Assembly (NCBI RefSeq): GCF_006345805.1
Contig: NC_043012.1
Span: 54,498,001 to 54,562,000 of the forward strand
From: Octopus sinensis
Taxonomy: Eukaryota
DNA length: 64,000 bases
Reading direction: 5' to 3'
Shown here: positions 36,850-50,145 of the stretch, in pieces
How the letters are laid out: every line of letters begins with the position of its first letter
Numbering within the stretch: position 1 is the first letter of the stretch
Made by a program: the position numbers and the translations under genes
Notes under the pieces: generated by a model
Database searches by the model: none
What the model was told of the DNA's origin: nothing
What the model saw: the letters and a program-made list of their open reading frames with translations, nothing else

Positions 36850-37826
36850 CTGTAATATAAGAGTAAACAGCTAGTGAGAGATGAAATTGTGGAAGTGTAT
36901 ACCGAGGCCTTAGCAACGGAAGTATATCATAATGATGATGAGTTTTGACTTTAGAATATGCTACAAATGTTTGTTTTTTTTATAGTGGAGAGAGAAAAGT
37001 CTTTGGTTTTTATTACAATTCCAATTACATGTAAGATACTTTACAAGAATATAAAATTGATCCTAACACTTGACTGGCAATATATTTCCCAATTAACTGC
37101 CAGTAACTCAGTAACTAATTGTTCCTAATTTAAGCACAAGGCTAGTAATTTTGAGAGGAAGGTGTAAGGTGGCATTATTGACCTCCGTACTTGAATCTTT
37201 TATTGTTTTTTAAAATTTTTTTCCCCACATGATTCAGTCATTGGACTGCAGCCATGCTGGGGCACAGTCTTGACTCCCGTGCAAATATTTTAAAGCCTGT
37301 GACCTTTTTTGCCTAATTGCTAAGTTACAGAGGATGTAATCAAATCAACACCAGTTGTCAAATGGTGGAGGACAAACACAGCACACACACACACCTTTCA
37401 TCTTTTACTTGTTTCAGTCATTTGACTGTGTCCATGCTGAGCACTGCCTTGAAGGGTTTAGTCAAACAAATCAATGCCAGTACTTTTTTTTTTTCAAAGC
37501 TAGGTACTTATTCTATTGGTTTCTTTTTGCAGACATGCATGGGCGACTGCTGATCTTCAATAAACAACCTTGCCCGGACTTGTGCCTCAGAGAGAAACTT
37601 TCTAGGTGCAATCCCATGGTAATGAATGACTGAAGGGGGTCTTTACCACACACACACAGTACCTATATAGACAGGGCTAATTCAGCTATTTCTCCATAGA
37701 TTGAAAAAAATGAACAACCTTAAATAATTTCAGAATCTTATGGGATTCTCATCAGAGGCATCTACATCAATTTGACCATTTCCAGGGAAACAAGCAGACA
37801 AGCTGTTGATAATACACAGATACATA

Positions 37827-37889
37827 CATACATACTGTATGTGTGTGCATACATACTGTATGTGTGTGCATACATACTGTATGTGTGTG
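37827..37889. repeat. Minisatellite, 3 x 21 bp CATACATACTGTATGTGTGTG
   Basis: Three exact units, each containing a CATACA/TGTATG inverted pair. Confidence 0.9.
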
Positions 37890-38486
37890 CATACATATGT
37901 ATACGCAAAATACACTCCCCCACAGTTCTTGCCAACCAAATTCACTCACAGGGCATTGGTCAATCTGGGATTGAACCTGAAACAACATGGCCGCAAAGCA
38001 AGCTTTTTAACCACGCAACCCTGCCTAGTATAGTACTTAATTTTATTTACAATGAAAGGATGGAAGGCAAATGGTGATCTTGGTAAGATTTGAACACACC
38101 GCAGTGAGGGCAGAGGATAAAAACAAAACACTCATGCCAGTCACAGGTGGAATATTTTCATCAAGGATCTACTCAAGCTAGACTATCTTGGGGCTAAACA
38201 ACAACAGCTAAATTTCTTCGACAAAGCTTAGGTCAACCCAAAGAAAGGACTACAACTATGGTAGAAAACACTTGTCAAAGGTGCTGCACACTGGGTTTGA
38301 ACAAGAAACCGCATTACTTACTGCAAAGCGAATATCTTGTTCCCACAGTCATATCCTTACATTTACCCTCAAACCAAAAATGTAAATCATTCAGAAGGGA
38401 TATGACTAAATTTATTCCAGCTCTGTCACACAATACACAACAAACATGGATGCAATAACATTAAGAATTGTTGAAGTGACCTCAAC

Positions 38487-38744
38487 CTGTGATTCTCAAT
38501 CCTTTTTTAGCTATGGACCTGTTAGATTTCAAATTTACCTGGGTGGACCCTCATAGTATTTGATGCGTAAAAAAAAAATCTCATTATATTTCTATAATTA
38601 AATATTATTAGGAATTGTATAAAAATTTGTTCCAAAATATTTTGTGTATTGGAGAAGTATAACCGGTTTATTGCACATAAACTTTAACAATAAGATCTTA
38701 TAGGCAATCCCAGGGGCTATATGGACTCCAGTTGAGAATCAGTG
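38487..38744. mobile_element. hAT/Charlie-type MITE
   Basis: CTGTGATTCTCAA...TTGAGAATCAGTG imperfect TIRs. Confidence 0.55.
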
Positions 38745-39169
38745 TCCCAAACGATTGCTTGACCTGGTCGAAAAAGCAGCAAAATACCCCTTCAAATCAT
38801 CATAGCCTTCAACCTTAAAAGGAGAAGGATATAATGAAACCCTAGATACACTGTGCCCGCATAAAAGAGATGTTCAAGCTTCAAATGCCCTTGACTAAAA
38901 GTAGTAGTAGGAGGAGGAAGTGGAGGGGGAAAATATGTCAAATACACAACACACACAAACATGACATCATATTTTCCAGATAATTAGTTTGTCCCTGGCT
39001 GTCTTTTCAATTCATATATTCAAATGTCTCATTAATCAACTGCTATTGAATAAATTCTGTTTCTCTGCTTCAAGAGCCAACATTTTTGACACAGATTAAA
39101 CTCTGTTCTATGGTGCCTTTCTTTCAGCCTTGGTATTTAGCCTTTTTGACTAAATGGTATTTATTCATA

Positions 39170-39683
39170 TCTATATATATAAAACAGTAGTTGTGTGAGT
39201 GTCTGTCTCCTACGATTTAGATTCCTAACTCCTCCCACATTTTGCGGTGCAGTTTAACCAAATTCGGGTATCTTATAGTCATGATTCATATCGAGCCTGT
39301 CTGGCTATTAGCGCGCGTCTACGATGAGTCTACGATTTTAAAAATAATTTAACATAATTTTTTATTCCATTTTAATGCATAATTTTTCGTGTGTCGATGG
39401 TGGCGGAGTTGGCGTCCACGCTCAAACACCAGCACCTGTGTTTGCTTCTCCCCCTTCTTCCCTCCCTCGTGAAGCTGTGGGGAAGGGAGTTTAAGGAAAT
39501 CAACGTCGTAATGCGTTGTCAAGGAGACCAGCGTTCTTTTAGAACGACTTCATGGCTTGAAGACACCAAAACAGAAATGGCTAAGAAAGCCCGAATTGGC
39601 ATCTATAAGGGAAGTAACTCTCTAAAAATGCTTATATAGTTATTTCCCTTACAAACCCGAGCAACGCCGGGCGATACTGCTAG
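39170..39683 (+). mobile_element. Non-autonomous Helitron
   Basis: A|TCTATATATATAAAA...CCCGAGCAACGCCGGGCGATACTGCTAG|T. Confidence 0.85.
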
Positions 39684-40239
39684 TTATTCATAAATTCTTT
39701 AAAACATTTAACAAGAGAATATGGAATTCTCTACATAATCACTGAACCACCAAGAAACAGCAGCCAAAGCTCTCTTAGATCACACTCTACTGTTTAAATA
39801 ATGAATGGACACATTAGGTAACAAAGTCTTAAGTACCCATAAAAAACGGGATGGTCATGGTTGGAAAATGGTTTTGCAAACAACCTAGGCATTATTGTTA
39901 ACAATGATATATGCCACACATTTACAATGCCATCTTCAAAATCTTGTAGCAACAAGATAATTCATGATTAATTCAAAACACATCGTCATTTGATGTCCAT
40001 TTTCCATACTGACATGAGTTAGGGAGTTTGATCAGAGCTGGTAAGCCAGAGAGTTGCACCAGCCTCCAGTTTTGGCTTCAGCTGGATGCCCTTCCTGATG
40101 CCAACCATTCTACAGAGTGTACTGGGTGCTTTTTATGTGTCACTAGCAAGGGTGCCTTTTACATGTCAAGCATTAGATTTGACAGAGTAATCTGAAAGCT
40201 AATGGATAAAAACTATATATATAGCTATGCTACATCCAC

Positions 40240-40620
40240 ATTTACAGTTTGCATGTCCATTCCAGAACTGCCATCATGTCAAGAACATTGACCTACTGGA
40301 CACTGTCCAAAAACGTGCAGCCAGACACATACCTTCCATCACTTAACAGACTTTGAACATCTTTATCCTTTAAGCATTGATGCACAAAAGCTTCAATGCT
40401 TAGCAGCAGGCTTGGTAAGAGCCCACAAGAGTAGCTACCATCTTTCCAACAACTTTGGCCTCCATTTTTTCCAATACCTCTACCACTTATGGACATGCTT
40501 ATTGAATCAAAAAAGTTTTCAAATTTCTCTGTTTTGAAAAATCTAAGATCCCAATTATACAAATAAAGAACTTTCAAAACTTGTTTCTCTCATCCTCCAT
40601 TCACTACTTCAACCTTCATT
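40240..40620 (+). mobile_element. Old CR1/L2-type LINE relic
   Basis: IDLLDTVQKRAARHIP motif followed by a decayed C-terminus. Confidence 0.55.
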
Positions 40621-41379
40621 GATAACACATAATATCATATTCTTGTTTACTTTTATTTTTTTTTTTTCATAAAAAATATTTTTTCTCAATAATCCTACCC
40701 TTAATAAATTCATCTAAGTAAGCTCAGCACCGCTTTGTTTCTAACTGAATACTTCTTCATACATTAAGGCCCTATGTAATATTGTAACTGTTAAACATTG
40801 GTGTTGAAAAATGATAACAGTGATCTCTATATTAATAATAGTGGACAAAATGCTTAATAGTATTTCTTCCAGCTTTTTGCTCCGAGTTCAAATTCCATCA
40901 AGGTTAACTTTGCCTTTCATTCCTCTGGGGTTGATAAAATAAAGTATCAAGCGACTATCCCACTTCCTCAAAATTGCTGGCCTTGGGCTAAATTTGAAAC
41001 CATTAATAAAGGTTGATGTAAATACTGGTTTCAAATTTTGGTACAAGGCCAGCAATTTTTAGGGGATGGAGTAAGTCAATTACATCAACCTCATTGTTCA
41101 ACAGACACTTATATTATTGACCCCAAAAGGATGGAAGGTAAAGTCGATCTCAGCAGAATTTAAACTCAGAACTTAAAGGTCGATATGAATATAGGCTGGT
41201 GGGTTGATTCTCAAGTCATGCTTCATATCATTAGAGAGAGGAGGGAGGGAGAGAGAGCAAAAGAGAAATACAGAGACCTAATCTAAGAGATGCAGGATGA
41301 GTGTACATACTAAACTTGGTGGCACACAATAGTGAAGGAGTCAGAGGAGCAGAAGTAAATAAAGTAGTTATGGGAGAAG

Positions 41380-41880
41380 TTATACAAATGAGAAATTTCT
41401 GGTGCCAGTGTCGTATGTGAATCTACATACATGTTTTTGGTATAGCTTGTGGTCTACATTAGTTCAGATGGTATAGTTTGTGATCTACACCGACGTTTTG
41501 ATCTACATTTAAAATTCATCTATTTACTGGCCTTCCGGTTGGTTTGGTATATAAACCAAAAAAAAACTTTTATGATTTAAGCTCTTTTAGTCCTAAGCCC
41601 AACGGAAGAAGTCATGATGAGAGCAAAAGAATTTTACACACAGGTTATTCGAGATGAATAACAAATAGTATACAAATATTTACAGTATTCATGTTTCTAG
41701 AATGAAATAAAAATCCCCAAAAAATTTTTCCTTTTCTTTTATTTTTTTAAATGTTTAACTCACTCTTCTAATTATAATAGCAAATTTATAACAGAATTTT
41801 AAATGTAGATGACAAGCTAATCTAGGTATCAGTTGCTGTAGATCACATACTACACCAGCACCAAATTTCTTTTGTATAAT
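41380..41880. mobile_element. Degenerate TIR element with GATCTACA subterminal repeats
   Basis: Imperfect inverted ends of about 55 bp at 41380-41435 and 41837-41880. Confidence 0.4.
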
Positions 41881-43244
41881 TTTAAGGTAATAAAAATTTT
41901 TCTTTTGAAAATTAGTATTCATTTCATTTCATCATTTTGTATAAACACCAACAAATTTGATAAAAATTAAATTATAATTATTATATGTATAATCTGTTTC
42001 TTGATTATTTTCCAAGGTAGCAAAAGTATACTTCCAAAGATATCCATCCGATGATGGGCAACACACTAGTCTTTCATTGTAACCTATTTTGAAGCATTTA
42101 TTCATTAGTCTTGGTGATTCAGAAAAAGACCAAGCTAGTTTTTTTTTGTTTTCCTTTATTGCCTCAAAATTTATGTCTGTTTTTTCACTGGCTGCTCTGT
42201 TCTCTCATGCTTTCTTTGTCCTCACCTCTCTTTCATTCTCTGTCTGTCTGTCTGTATGTATGTATGCATGCGTGTATCTATCTATCTATCTTCTCTCCAT
42301 CTACGTTTCTATTCAAATGTTATATATAAATTTGAACATATTTTTGAAAACTAATTTGGTAGCATGTAATTTGAGGGAAATTTGGTTGTTATTTCAAAAA
42401 CAACCAAATCCATTTGGTAATCTATTTAAGATACTGGTGACAGAATGGGAGATATTTTGTTTTCCTTAGAAAAGAATACAAATGATAATGTACAGACTAA
42501 ATAAATAATGAACAAAGTAATAACACGAAACATGAAAAGAAAATTTAAAGACCACAGTATCAACATTATACATAAAACACACACACACAACAAAATACAT
42601 ACGTACATATACAAGCCACTACTCTGAAGTCATCAATTACAAGTCTGTCTTAATTCATACATATGCAAGTGCATATGTATGCACATACAAATACTACATA
42701 CATACATAATATACCAATGCACACACAAACACATAAATACATACATACATGTACAAATGCATACACGCACACATACATTCATAGAAATTGTATTCTACAT
42801 ATCTATATACACATAACAAAGCTCTATCTAAAATAAAACAATCACAAATATCACAAAAAAAACACATTCCACATTGATGACATCTTAGAATATTTGCTGC
42901 AAATTATTGAATTAAATACATTTTCCGCTCAACCTGGCCATGACCCACCAGCTGAAACTATGATAGAATAAATTTGTTCTTTTTAACACAGTAGAGTATT
43001 AAATATAATTAACTAAATTTCAACACTGTTTTATAAATTAATCAATCAATCATTAACTAGAATATTATGTTAAAAAGTAGTCAGAATGCTACGTTAATAA
43101 AGAATGCTGAAAATATGAAGTAGACCGTCATAGTTTAGCAGAAATTTAGTAATCCATTTCATATAGATATCACTGAATGTGTAAGTACCAAAAATGTTCT
43201 TAGTATGTATACCCTAAAACCAAGGTCTCACATAAAAAGCAATG

Positions 43245-43575
43245 GTGTCGGTGCCAAGTAAAAAGCACTGGTGATGGTGACACATAAAAAACACTGATAA
43301 TGGTGCCACGTAAAAAGCACTGGTGATGATGATGATCATCATCATTGTTTAGCATCCGCTTTCCATGTTAGCATGGGTTTGACGATTTTGACTGAGGACT
43401 GGCGAGCCAGATGGCTGCACCAGGCTCCAATCTTGATCTGGCAGAGTTTCTACAGCTGGATGCCCTTCCTAACGCCAACCACTCCGAGAGTGTAGTTTAT
43501 GGTGATGTTGCCACATAAAAAGCACTGGTGATGGTGACACATAAAAAGCACCAATGATGGTGCCAGGTGGAAAGT
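43245..43575. repeat. Degenerate ~26-bp tandem array (TAAAAAGCACTGGTGATGGTGACACA) split by an RTE tail insertion at about 43333-43496
   Basis: Units are visible on both sides of the insertion. Confidence 0.7.
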
Positions 43576-45543
43576 ACCCAGTACACTAAGTAAAGTGGTT
43601 GGTATTAGGAAGAGCATCCAGCTGTAGAAACCAAGTCAAAACAGAGAATGGAACCTAGTGCAGCCCTTGACCTGGCCAGCTCCTATCAAGCTCTCCAACC
43701 CATGCCAGCATGGAAAACAGATGTTAAATGGTGATGATGGAGTCTATCAGTAGGATTATAGGTGAAGTAATTAAGGTAGAAAAATGAAGAGGAGAGTGTG
43801 AAAGTTCAAAGAAGTAAAGACTATTGCTGCAGCTACAGAAGAGACATAGATAGGACACAATGAGCATCACTGAGCCAATAGAGGTTTAGGCCCAGGTCAG
43901 CACTTTAATGAGCAGACATGGATCAAAGGAGTTCTAGGCATGACAGAAGAGTTTTTGGCAAATGTTTTCTTGGTCACATTGCTTTGAATGAAAAGATACA
44001 TCGTAGAATAGTGAGGACTCTTTAAACCTTTAGCTGATAAACTGACAATATCTGGCCCAAATATTTTAGCTATTTTTATGTTCAAAACTGAACAGATCAA
44101 ATATCTCACACCTACCCTACCATGTCATTCTAAAAATAAACAATTGCATTCAGCCGTAACATCTATACCAAACAGATCCTGTCAGTGCTGGTGCCATGTA
44201 AAAAACACCCAGTCCACTCTGTAAAATGGTTGATGTTAGGAAGGGCATCCAATCATAAAAACTATGCCACAACATACAGTGGAGTTTACTGCAGTCCTCT
44301 GGTTTTCCAGCTCCAGTCAAACTGTCCAACCCATGCCAGCATCGAAGATGGCCGTTAAATGATAATGATGACATCATCAAAATCTCAAAGCTACAAGATA
44401 ATGCTTGATTAATTTAAAACAATGTGAATAAATAAACATTATATTTCACAGACTAATGAGTGCTAGAGGGTTGAATCTTACAGGGTACAAGGCAAATTCA
44501 CTAGTGCCATGATAAAATGCACCAGGTACTCTTTGTAATATAGTTGGTGAACAAGCAGGGACAGTGCAGAGCCAAAAGGACTCTTTGTAGAAGCCTACAT
44601 TGTGTGGAAATGAACCCAAAACCATGTAGACGAGAAGAAAACTTTTCAACCATATAGCCATACCCATATCTGGTCATGACAAACAATTCTCATTATCCAA
44701 TGTGTCCTTCCTCTTCTTAAGAGAGAAAGATATGGTTTGGGTGAGATTTGATAGATACAACTGACAAGATTAACTACTTCACATCAGCTATCCAGTGAGG
44801 ATGTTTTGATAGGGGGTGAGTTTATGTCTTGGTCCAGAAGAATAAGGCAGCATTGTCAAGACCCAAATGCAAGATAGTTTTCACAGTCAAATGTTCATCA
44901 TCATCATCATTTAACATCTGCTTTCCATTCTAGCATGGGTTGGACGATTTGACTGAGGTCTGGCAAACCAGACTCTAATCTGATCTGGCAGAGTTTCTAC
45001 AGCTGGATGCCCTTCCTAACGCCAACCACTCCGAGAGTGTAGTGGGTACTTTTACGTGCCACTGGCACGAGGACCAGTTTGGTGGTACTGGCAATGGCCA
45101 TGCCCAAATGGTGCTTTTTACGTGCCACCTGCACAGGAGCCAGTCCAGCGGCACTGGCAACAACCATGCTCGAATATTTCACATGCCACCAGTACAAGTG
45201 CTAGTAAGGCAACGTGGTAACGATCACACTTGAATGGTGTGCTTAATGTGCCAGCTTGTTGCTCTGGCAATGATCTCACTCGTATGGTACTCTTAGTGCT
45301 CCACTAGCAATGGATACCAGTCACCGAATTTGATTTAGGTTACATATGTGCAGCAGGAAGTGTCAAGATTGTTTCTAAGTGAGACTTAGGGTCAGAAAAT
45401 GAACTATCATCTGCAGTGGGTTAGATTAACTTCTGTGTAGGCTATTAAGATAGACAAAAAACTTTGGAGATATAACTAAACCCAGAGATATATCCAAGTT
45501 GATGTAGTAATCATTATTATATACTGTAATGTATATTAAATAC

Positions 45544-45574
<31 letters not shown>

Positions 45575-45711
45575 TTTATTTGTGTATCAAGGCTACCATT
45601 AGTTTCATCTTAAGAAAATATCTCAACAATTCTTCAAGCCAACCACATAGAATCTTTAACCCCGAATGTGGTTTTGAGCACTCATTCTCATTGCTCAATA
45701 TTTACGCGCGC

Positions 45712-45749
<38 letters not shown>

Positions 45750-45790
45750 ATGTATATATATATACATACATACATACATACATACGTACA

Positions 45791-46028
45791 CAGGGTGGCC
45801 CAAAAGTAGGTTTACAGTTATCACATAGGCACTTTAAATTTCTTTTAAAACATTTTACGACATTTAAATTTCTGTCTTACAAACTGAAAAGGGAGCTTGA
45901 CAAAATTAACTAAATTAGCATAGAATAATGGTTTCACATTTTCTTTTTATAATTAAGATCTAAACTGTTAATATATGAATGCGAAAGAGATAGTTGAAAA
46001 ACTGAAAACCTATTTTTGGGCCACTCTG
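45791..46028. mobile_element. Tc1-like MITE
   Basis: CAGGGTGGCCCAAAAGTAGGTTTACAG / CTGAAAACCTATTTTTGGGCCACTCTG inverted ends, inside a CA/TA tract. Confidence 0.7.
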
Positions 46029-46602
46029 TGTGTGTATGTGTGTATATATATATATGTATATATATATGAATTTTTTGTGTCTATAGCACTTATTCAGCAT
46101 TACCTGACACCTTTGGGTCTCAATGACACCATTATCTCTTACATATATATATATATATATATATATACATACACATATATCATCATGCATTTTGTGAACA
46201 GTATCACCATTGGTTACAGAGTTTCCAGTGTGAAAGTTTCTGGTTTACAGCATTTTCTGTGGCAAAATAACAAAGGAATATCTGTGCAACTCAAGTAGAA
46301 TAAATAAACATCAGTGAACGATACACATACACATTCCATCTATGAAATTCAATTGCAAGGCGTTGATCAGCTCATGGCTGCAGGAGAAGATGCCTAGCCA
46401 AGGTGTCATATGGTGCGAATCACACCTGGGACCATTTTGTTGTGGAAACTATACAAACATGCCTTGTTTCCTCTTTTGTGCACGCACACACACAGACACA
46501 CACACACACACACACAAACAAGCAAATAAATATATTCATGCTCTTCTACTGACTTAATGCAAATAGGTTTTCAGAAATGCTCAGAGAGAACCTATCACTT
46601 AC

Positions 46603-46707
46603 GTTTGATGCTGTGCTGTTCTATTCCTAAGTCCCGGACAAATTTCGGACGGAGGGCATCTTCTGCAATAGGTTTCGATATTTCTTTGTCAAACACTTCT
46701 GAGAATT
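46603..46707 (-). CDS. YIPF3: YIPF3 coding exon (E)FSEVFDKEISKPIAEDALRPKFVRDLGIEQHSIK(H)
   Basis: aatttcag acceptor and gtaagt donor; 105 nt, phase 1 to 1, open in the required frame; weak similarity to human ...RVPRDI. Confidence 0.85.
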
Positions 46708-47479
46708 CTGAAATTACAAAGAGGAAAGGCATTATTTTCAAGGTCAACCAAAAGAAAACAAAGAAAAAATATTATAATAATGAAAATATACATTTACATG
46801 AACTGGACTATCACAGATACTAGGATGATGGTGACAAAATGACAGAAACAGCAGTGTATCAGACTAGATACTTTCTGACATTTTATTTCACACCTCTACA
46901 TTCTGGGTTCAAATCCTGATAATAGTTGACCATGTTTTCCCAGGGTCAATAAAATAAATGCCAGGCAAGTACTAGAGTTGATTCATTCAATTATATCCTT
47001 GCCTTACAAAATTTTTATGGCCTTGTAATAAAGTACGAAATTATAATTATTAAAATTTGCTGTAAGGTAAAAAGCTTGTTTCCCAACCACAGGATTCCGG
47101 GTTCAGTCCCACTATGTGACACCTTGGGCAAGCGTCTTCTATTACTGTCTCAGGTCAACCAAAGCCTTGTGGGTGGATTTGGTAGAATGAAACTGAAAGA
47201 AACCCATCGTATGCATGTGTGTGCACATGCACGTATCTTTGTGTCTATGCTTGCCTCCTCCCACCTACTTGACAACCAATGTTGGTTTGTTTATGTCCAC
47301 ATAACCAAGCGGTTTGACAAAAAAGACTGATGGAATAGGTGCCAGGTTTAAAAAGAATAAATACTGGGGTCAATTCCTTCAACTAAAATTCTTCAAGGCG
47401 GTGCCCCAGCATGGCCACAGTCAAATGTGTGAAGCAAGTAAAAGATCTAAAGATGAAGTTAATTGCCTGAAAAATTTTA

Positions 47480-47647
<168 letters not shown>

Positions 47648-47712
47648 CTAAATTGCAATGAAACAAAGAAAAGAAAATAAAGACTATATATACACATATG
47701 CATGTGTGTGTA

Positions 47713-47743
<31 letters not shown>

Positions 47744-47745
47744 GT

Positions 47746-48030
47746 GGAGGCGCAATGGCCCAGTGGTTAGGGCAGCGGACTTGCGGTTTCAATTCCCAGA
47801 CCGGGCGTTGTGAATGTTTATTGAGCGAAAACACCTAAAGCTCAACGAGGCTCCGGCAGGGGGTGGTGGCGATCCCAGCTGTACTCTTTGCCACAACTTT
47901 CTCTCACTCTTTCTTCTGTTGGCCTGCTCACTTAGCCAGCGGGGTGGCATCATTTGAAGGCTAAAACAATGCAAAGTGCATTGTGACCAGCGATGCGTAG
48001 CAACATCTGATAGCCTGGTCGGTCACGGTG
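47746..48030 (+). mobile_element. tRNA-derived SINE, a further family, within (TA)n
   Basis: GGAGGCGCAATGGCCCAGTGGTTAGG A-box head; GC-rich body; (AT)n tail. Confidence 0.75.
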
Positions 48031-48469
48031 ATATATATATATGAAGTGCATAATAATTTTTCTATTGTCTTGGCTTAACAGACCTCAACATTTGTTCTTT
48101 ACTGTCTTGTTCTCACTGTCCTGTTCTTGTTACCAATTTCACCCTCCGCAAAAAATTCCAAATTTTATTTAATTTGCTTTGCAGGAAGGACTGTTTCAAC
48201 GAAGTCGCGTCTTGTCCTTGCCTTCGAAATGTGGAGTAGATGAAACAGGGACAACTGAAGAAGAGGAATATTCTTAATGCTGTATGTCTCGTTTCTTTGT
48301 TTTTTCGCTGTTCAAAAAAAAATTTTGTTTTTATGTTTTCGTTTCTCATTGTGTTCAACATATTTTTTTTATGTCCTGTACCCATATATGCATGTGTATA
48401 TATACATATATATGTAGGTACGTACATATATTTATGTATATATGCATATATTTATTAATTATTATTTAT

Positions 48470-50145
48470 ATGGAGAAAGCCTTTGACAGGGTTCCCCGTT
48501 CCCTTATCTGGTGGTCGATGCGGAAACTGGAGATTGACGAATGGCTAATAAGGGCTGTACAGGCTCTATACAGAGAGGCTGCCAGCAAGGTTAGGATTGG
48601 CAATGAATATAGTGAAGAATTCCGGGTAGAAGTAGGTGTGCACCAGGGCTCAGCCCTCAGTCCCCTTCTATTCATCATAGTCCTCCAGGCAATAACAGAG
48701 GAATTCAAAACAGGATGCCCCTGGGAGCTCCTCTATGCTGATGACCTGGCTCTCATAGCAGAATCACTACCGGAACTAGAAAAGAAATTTCGGGTGTGGA
48801 AGCAAGGGTTAGAATCAAAGGGCCTTAGAGTAAATGTAGCAAAGACCAAAGTAATAGTAAGCAGCAAGGCGTACTCAGCACACCCCACCTCGGGTAGGTG
48901 GCCCTGCTCAATCTGTAGGAAAGGTGCAGGTAGAAACTCCATAAGATGCACCCAATGTAAGCTATGGACGCACAAGAGGTGCAGCAACATTAAAGGGAAA
49001 TTAACAGATAAGATAGCTTTCATGTGCGGCAGATGCACAGGGACAATAGACACCACAGACACTCAGAAAGCAGATTCCATCACACTCCAGGGAGAGAAAC
49101 TAGAAGTAGTTGATAGTTTCCGCTACCTGGGTGACCAAGTTAGTAGCGGAGGTGGATGCACAGAGAGTATCACCACTAGAATACGAATAGCCTGGGCAAA
49201 GTTCAGAAAGCTCCTACCCCTACTGGCGAAAAAGGGTCTCTCCCTCAGAGCGAAAGGTAGACTGTATGATGCATGTGTGCGAACTGCCATGCTTCACGGT
49301 AATGAAACATGGGCTATGACTGCAGAGGACATGCGTAGACTTGAAAGAAATGAAGCTAGCATGATCCGCTGGATGTGTAATGTCAGTGTGCACGCACGAC
49401 AGAGTGTAAGCATCCTGAGAGAAATGCTGGATATAAGAAGCATCAGATGCGGTGTGCAAGAGCGACGCTTGCGATGGTATGGTCATGTGCTGCGGATGGA
49501 TGAGGAGAGATGTGTGAAGAAGTGCCACTCCCAAACAGTTGAAGGTATCAGGGGGAGAGGTAGACCCAGGAAGACATGGGATGAGGCAGTCAAGCTTGAC
49601 CTCAGAGCGTTGGGCCTCACCGAGGCAATGGCGAAGGACCGAGATCTCTGGAGATATGCTGTGACTGCAAAGACCCGGGCTGCTTCCTGCATCAGTTCCG
49701 CATAGCCCCTGCCCATTCAAAGTACCCCGGATTCCAGATCGTCCCGCTGTGCTTGAGGAGACCTGTTGAGTCAAGTACATGAACACTCCGAACACCCCTC
49801 CCCACTGGTGCTCCCCTATATTTCTGCACCCTCCCCCATAAAAAGCACCATCCGAACGTGGCCGATGCCAGCACCGCCCCGACTGGCTTCTGTTCAGGTG
49901 GCACATAAAAAGCACCAACCGACCGTGGCCGATGCCAGACCCCTCTGGCACCTGTGCAGGTGGCACGTAAAAAGCACCCACTACACTCGCGGAGTGGTTG
50001 GCGTTAGGAAAGGCATCCAGCTGTAGAAACACTGCCAGACCAGACTGGAGCCTGGGGCAGCCCCTGGCTCCCCAGACCCCGGTCGAAACCGTCCAACCCG
50101 TGCTAGCGCGGAAAACGGACGTTAAACGATGATGATGATGATGAT
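48470..50145 (+). mobile_element. 5'-truncated RTE-clade LINE with open ORF2 remnant (48470-49705), 3' UTR and (GAT)n tail; intronic and antisense to YIPF3
   Basis: ORF reads MEKAFDRV...GVHQGSALSP...YADD...FRYLG...RRLRWYGHVLRM...RGRGRPRKTW with no stop over about 410 codons; (GAT)n at 50128-50145. Confidence 0.95.

Noticed and set aside
37827-37889. Short regular repeats (also 43245-43575) as a CRISPR-like array
   Set aside because: Contiguous tandem units without unique spacers, eukaryotic context, no cas genes.
48181-48300. CTGAAGAAGAG and CTTCGAAATGT motifs as a second hammerhead
   Set aside because: Core, stem II and GAAA do not occur in the required order; at most a decayed Penelope-like relic.
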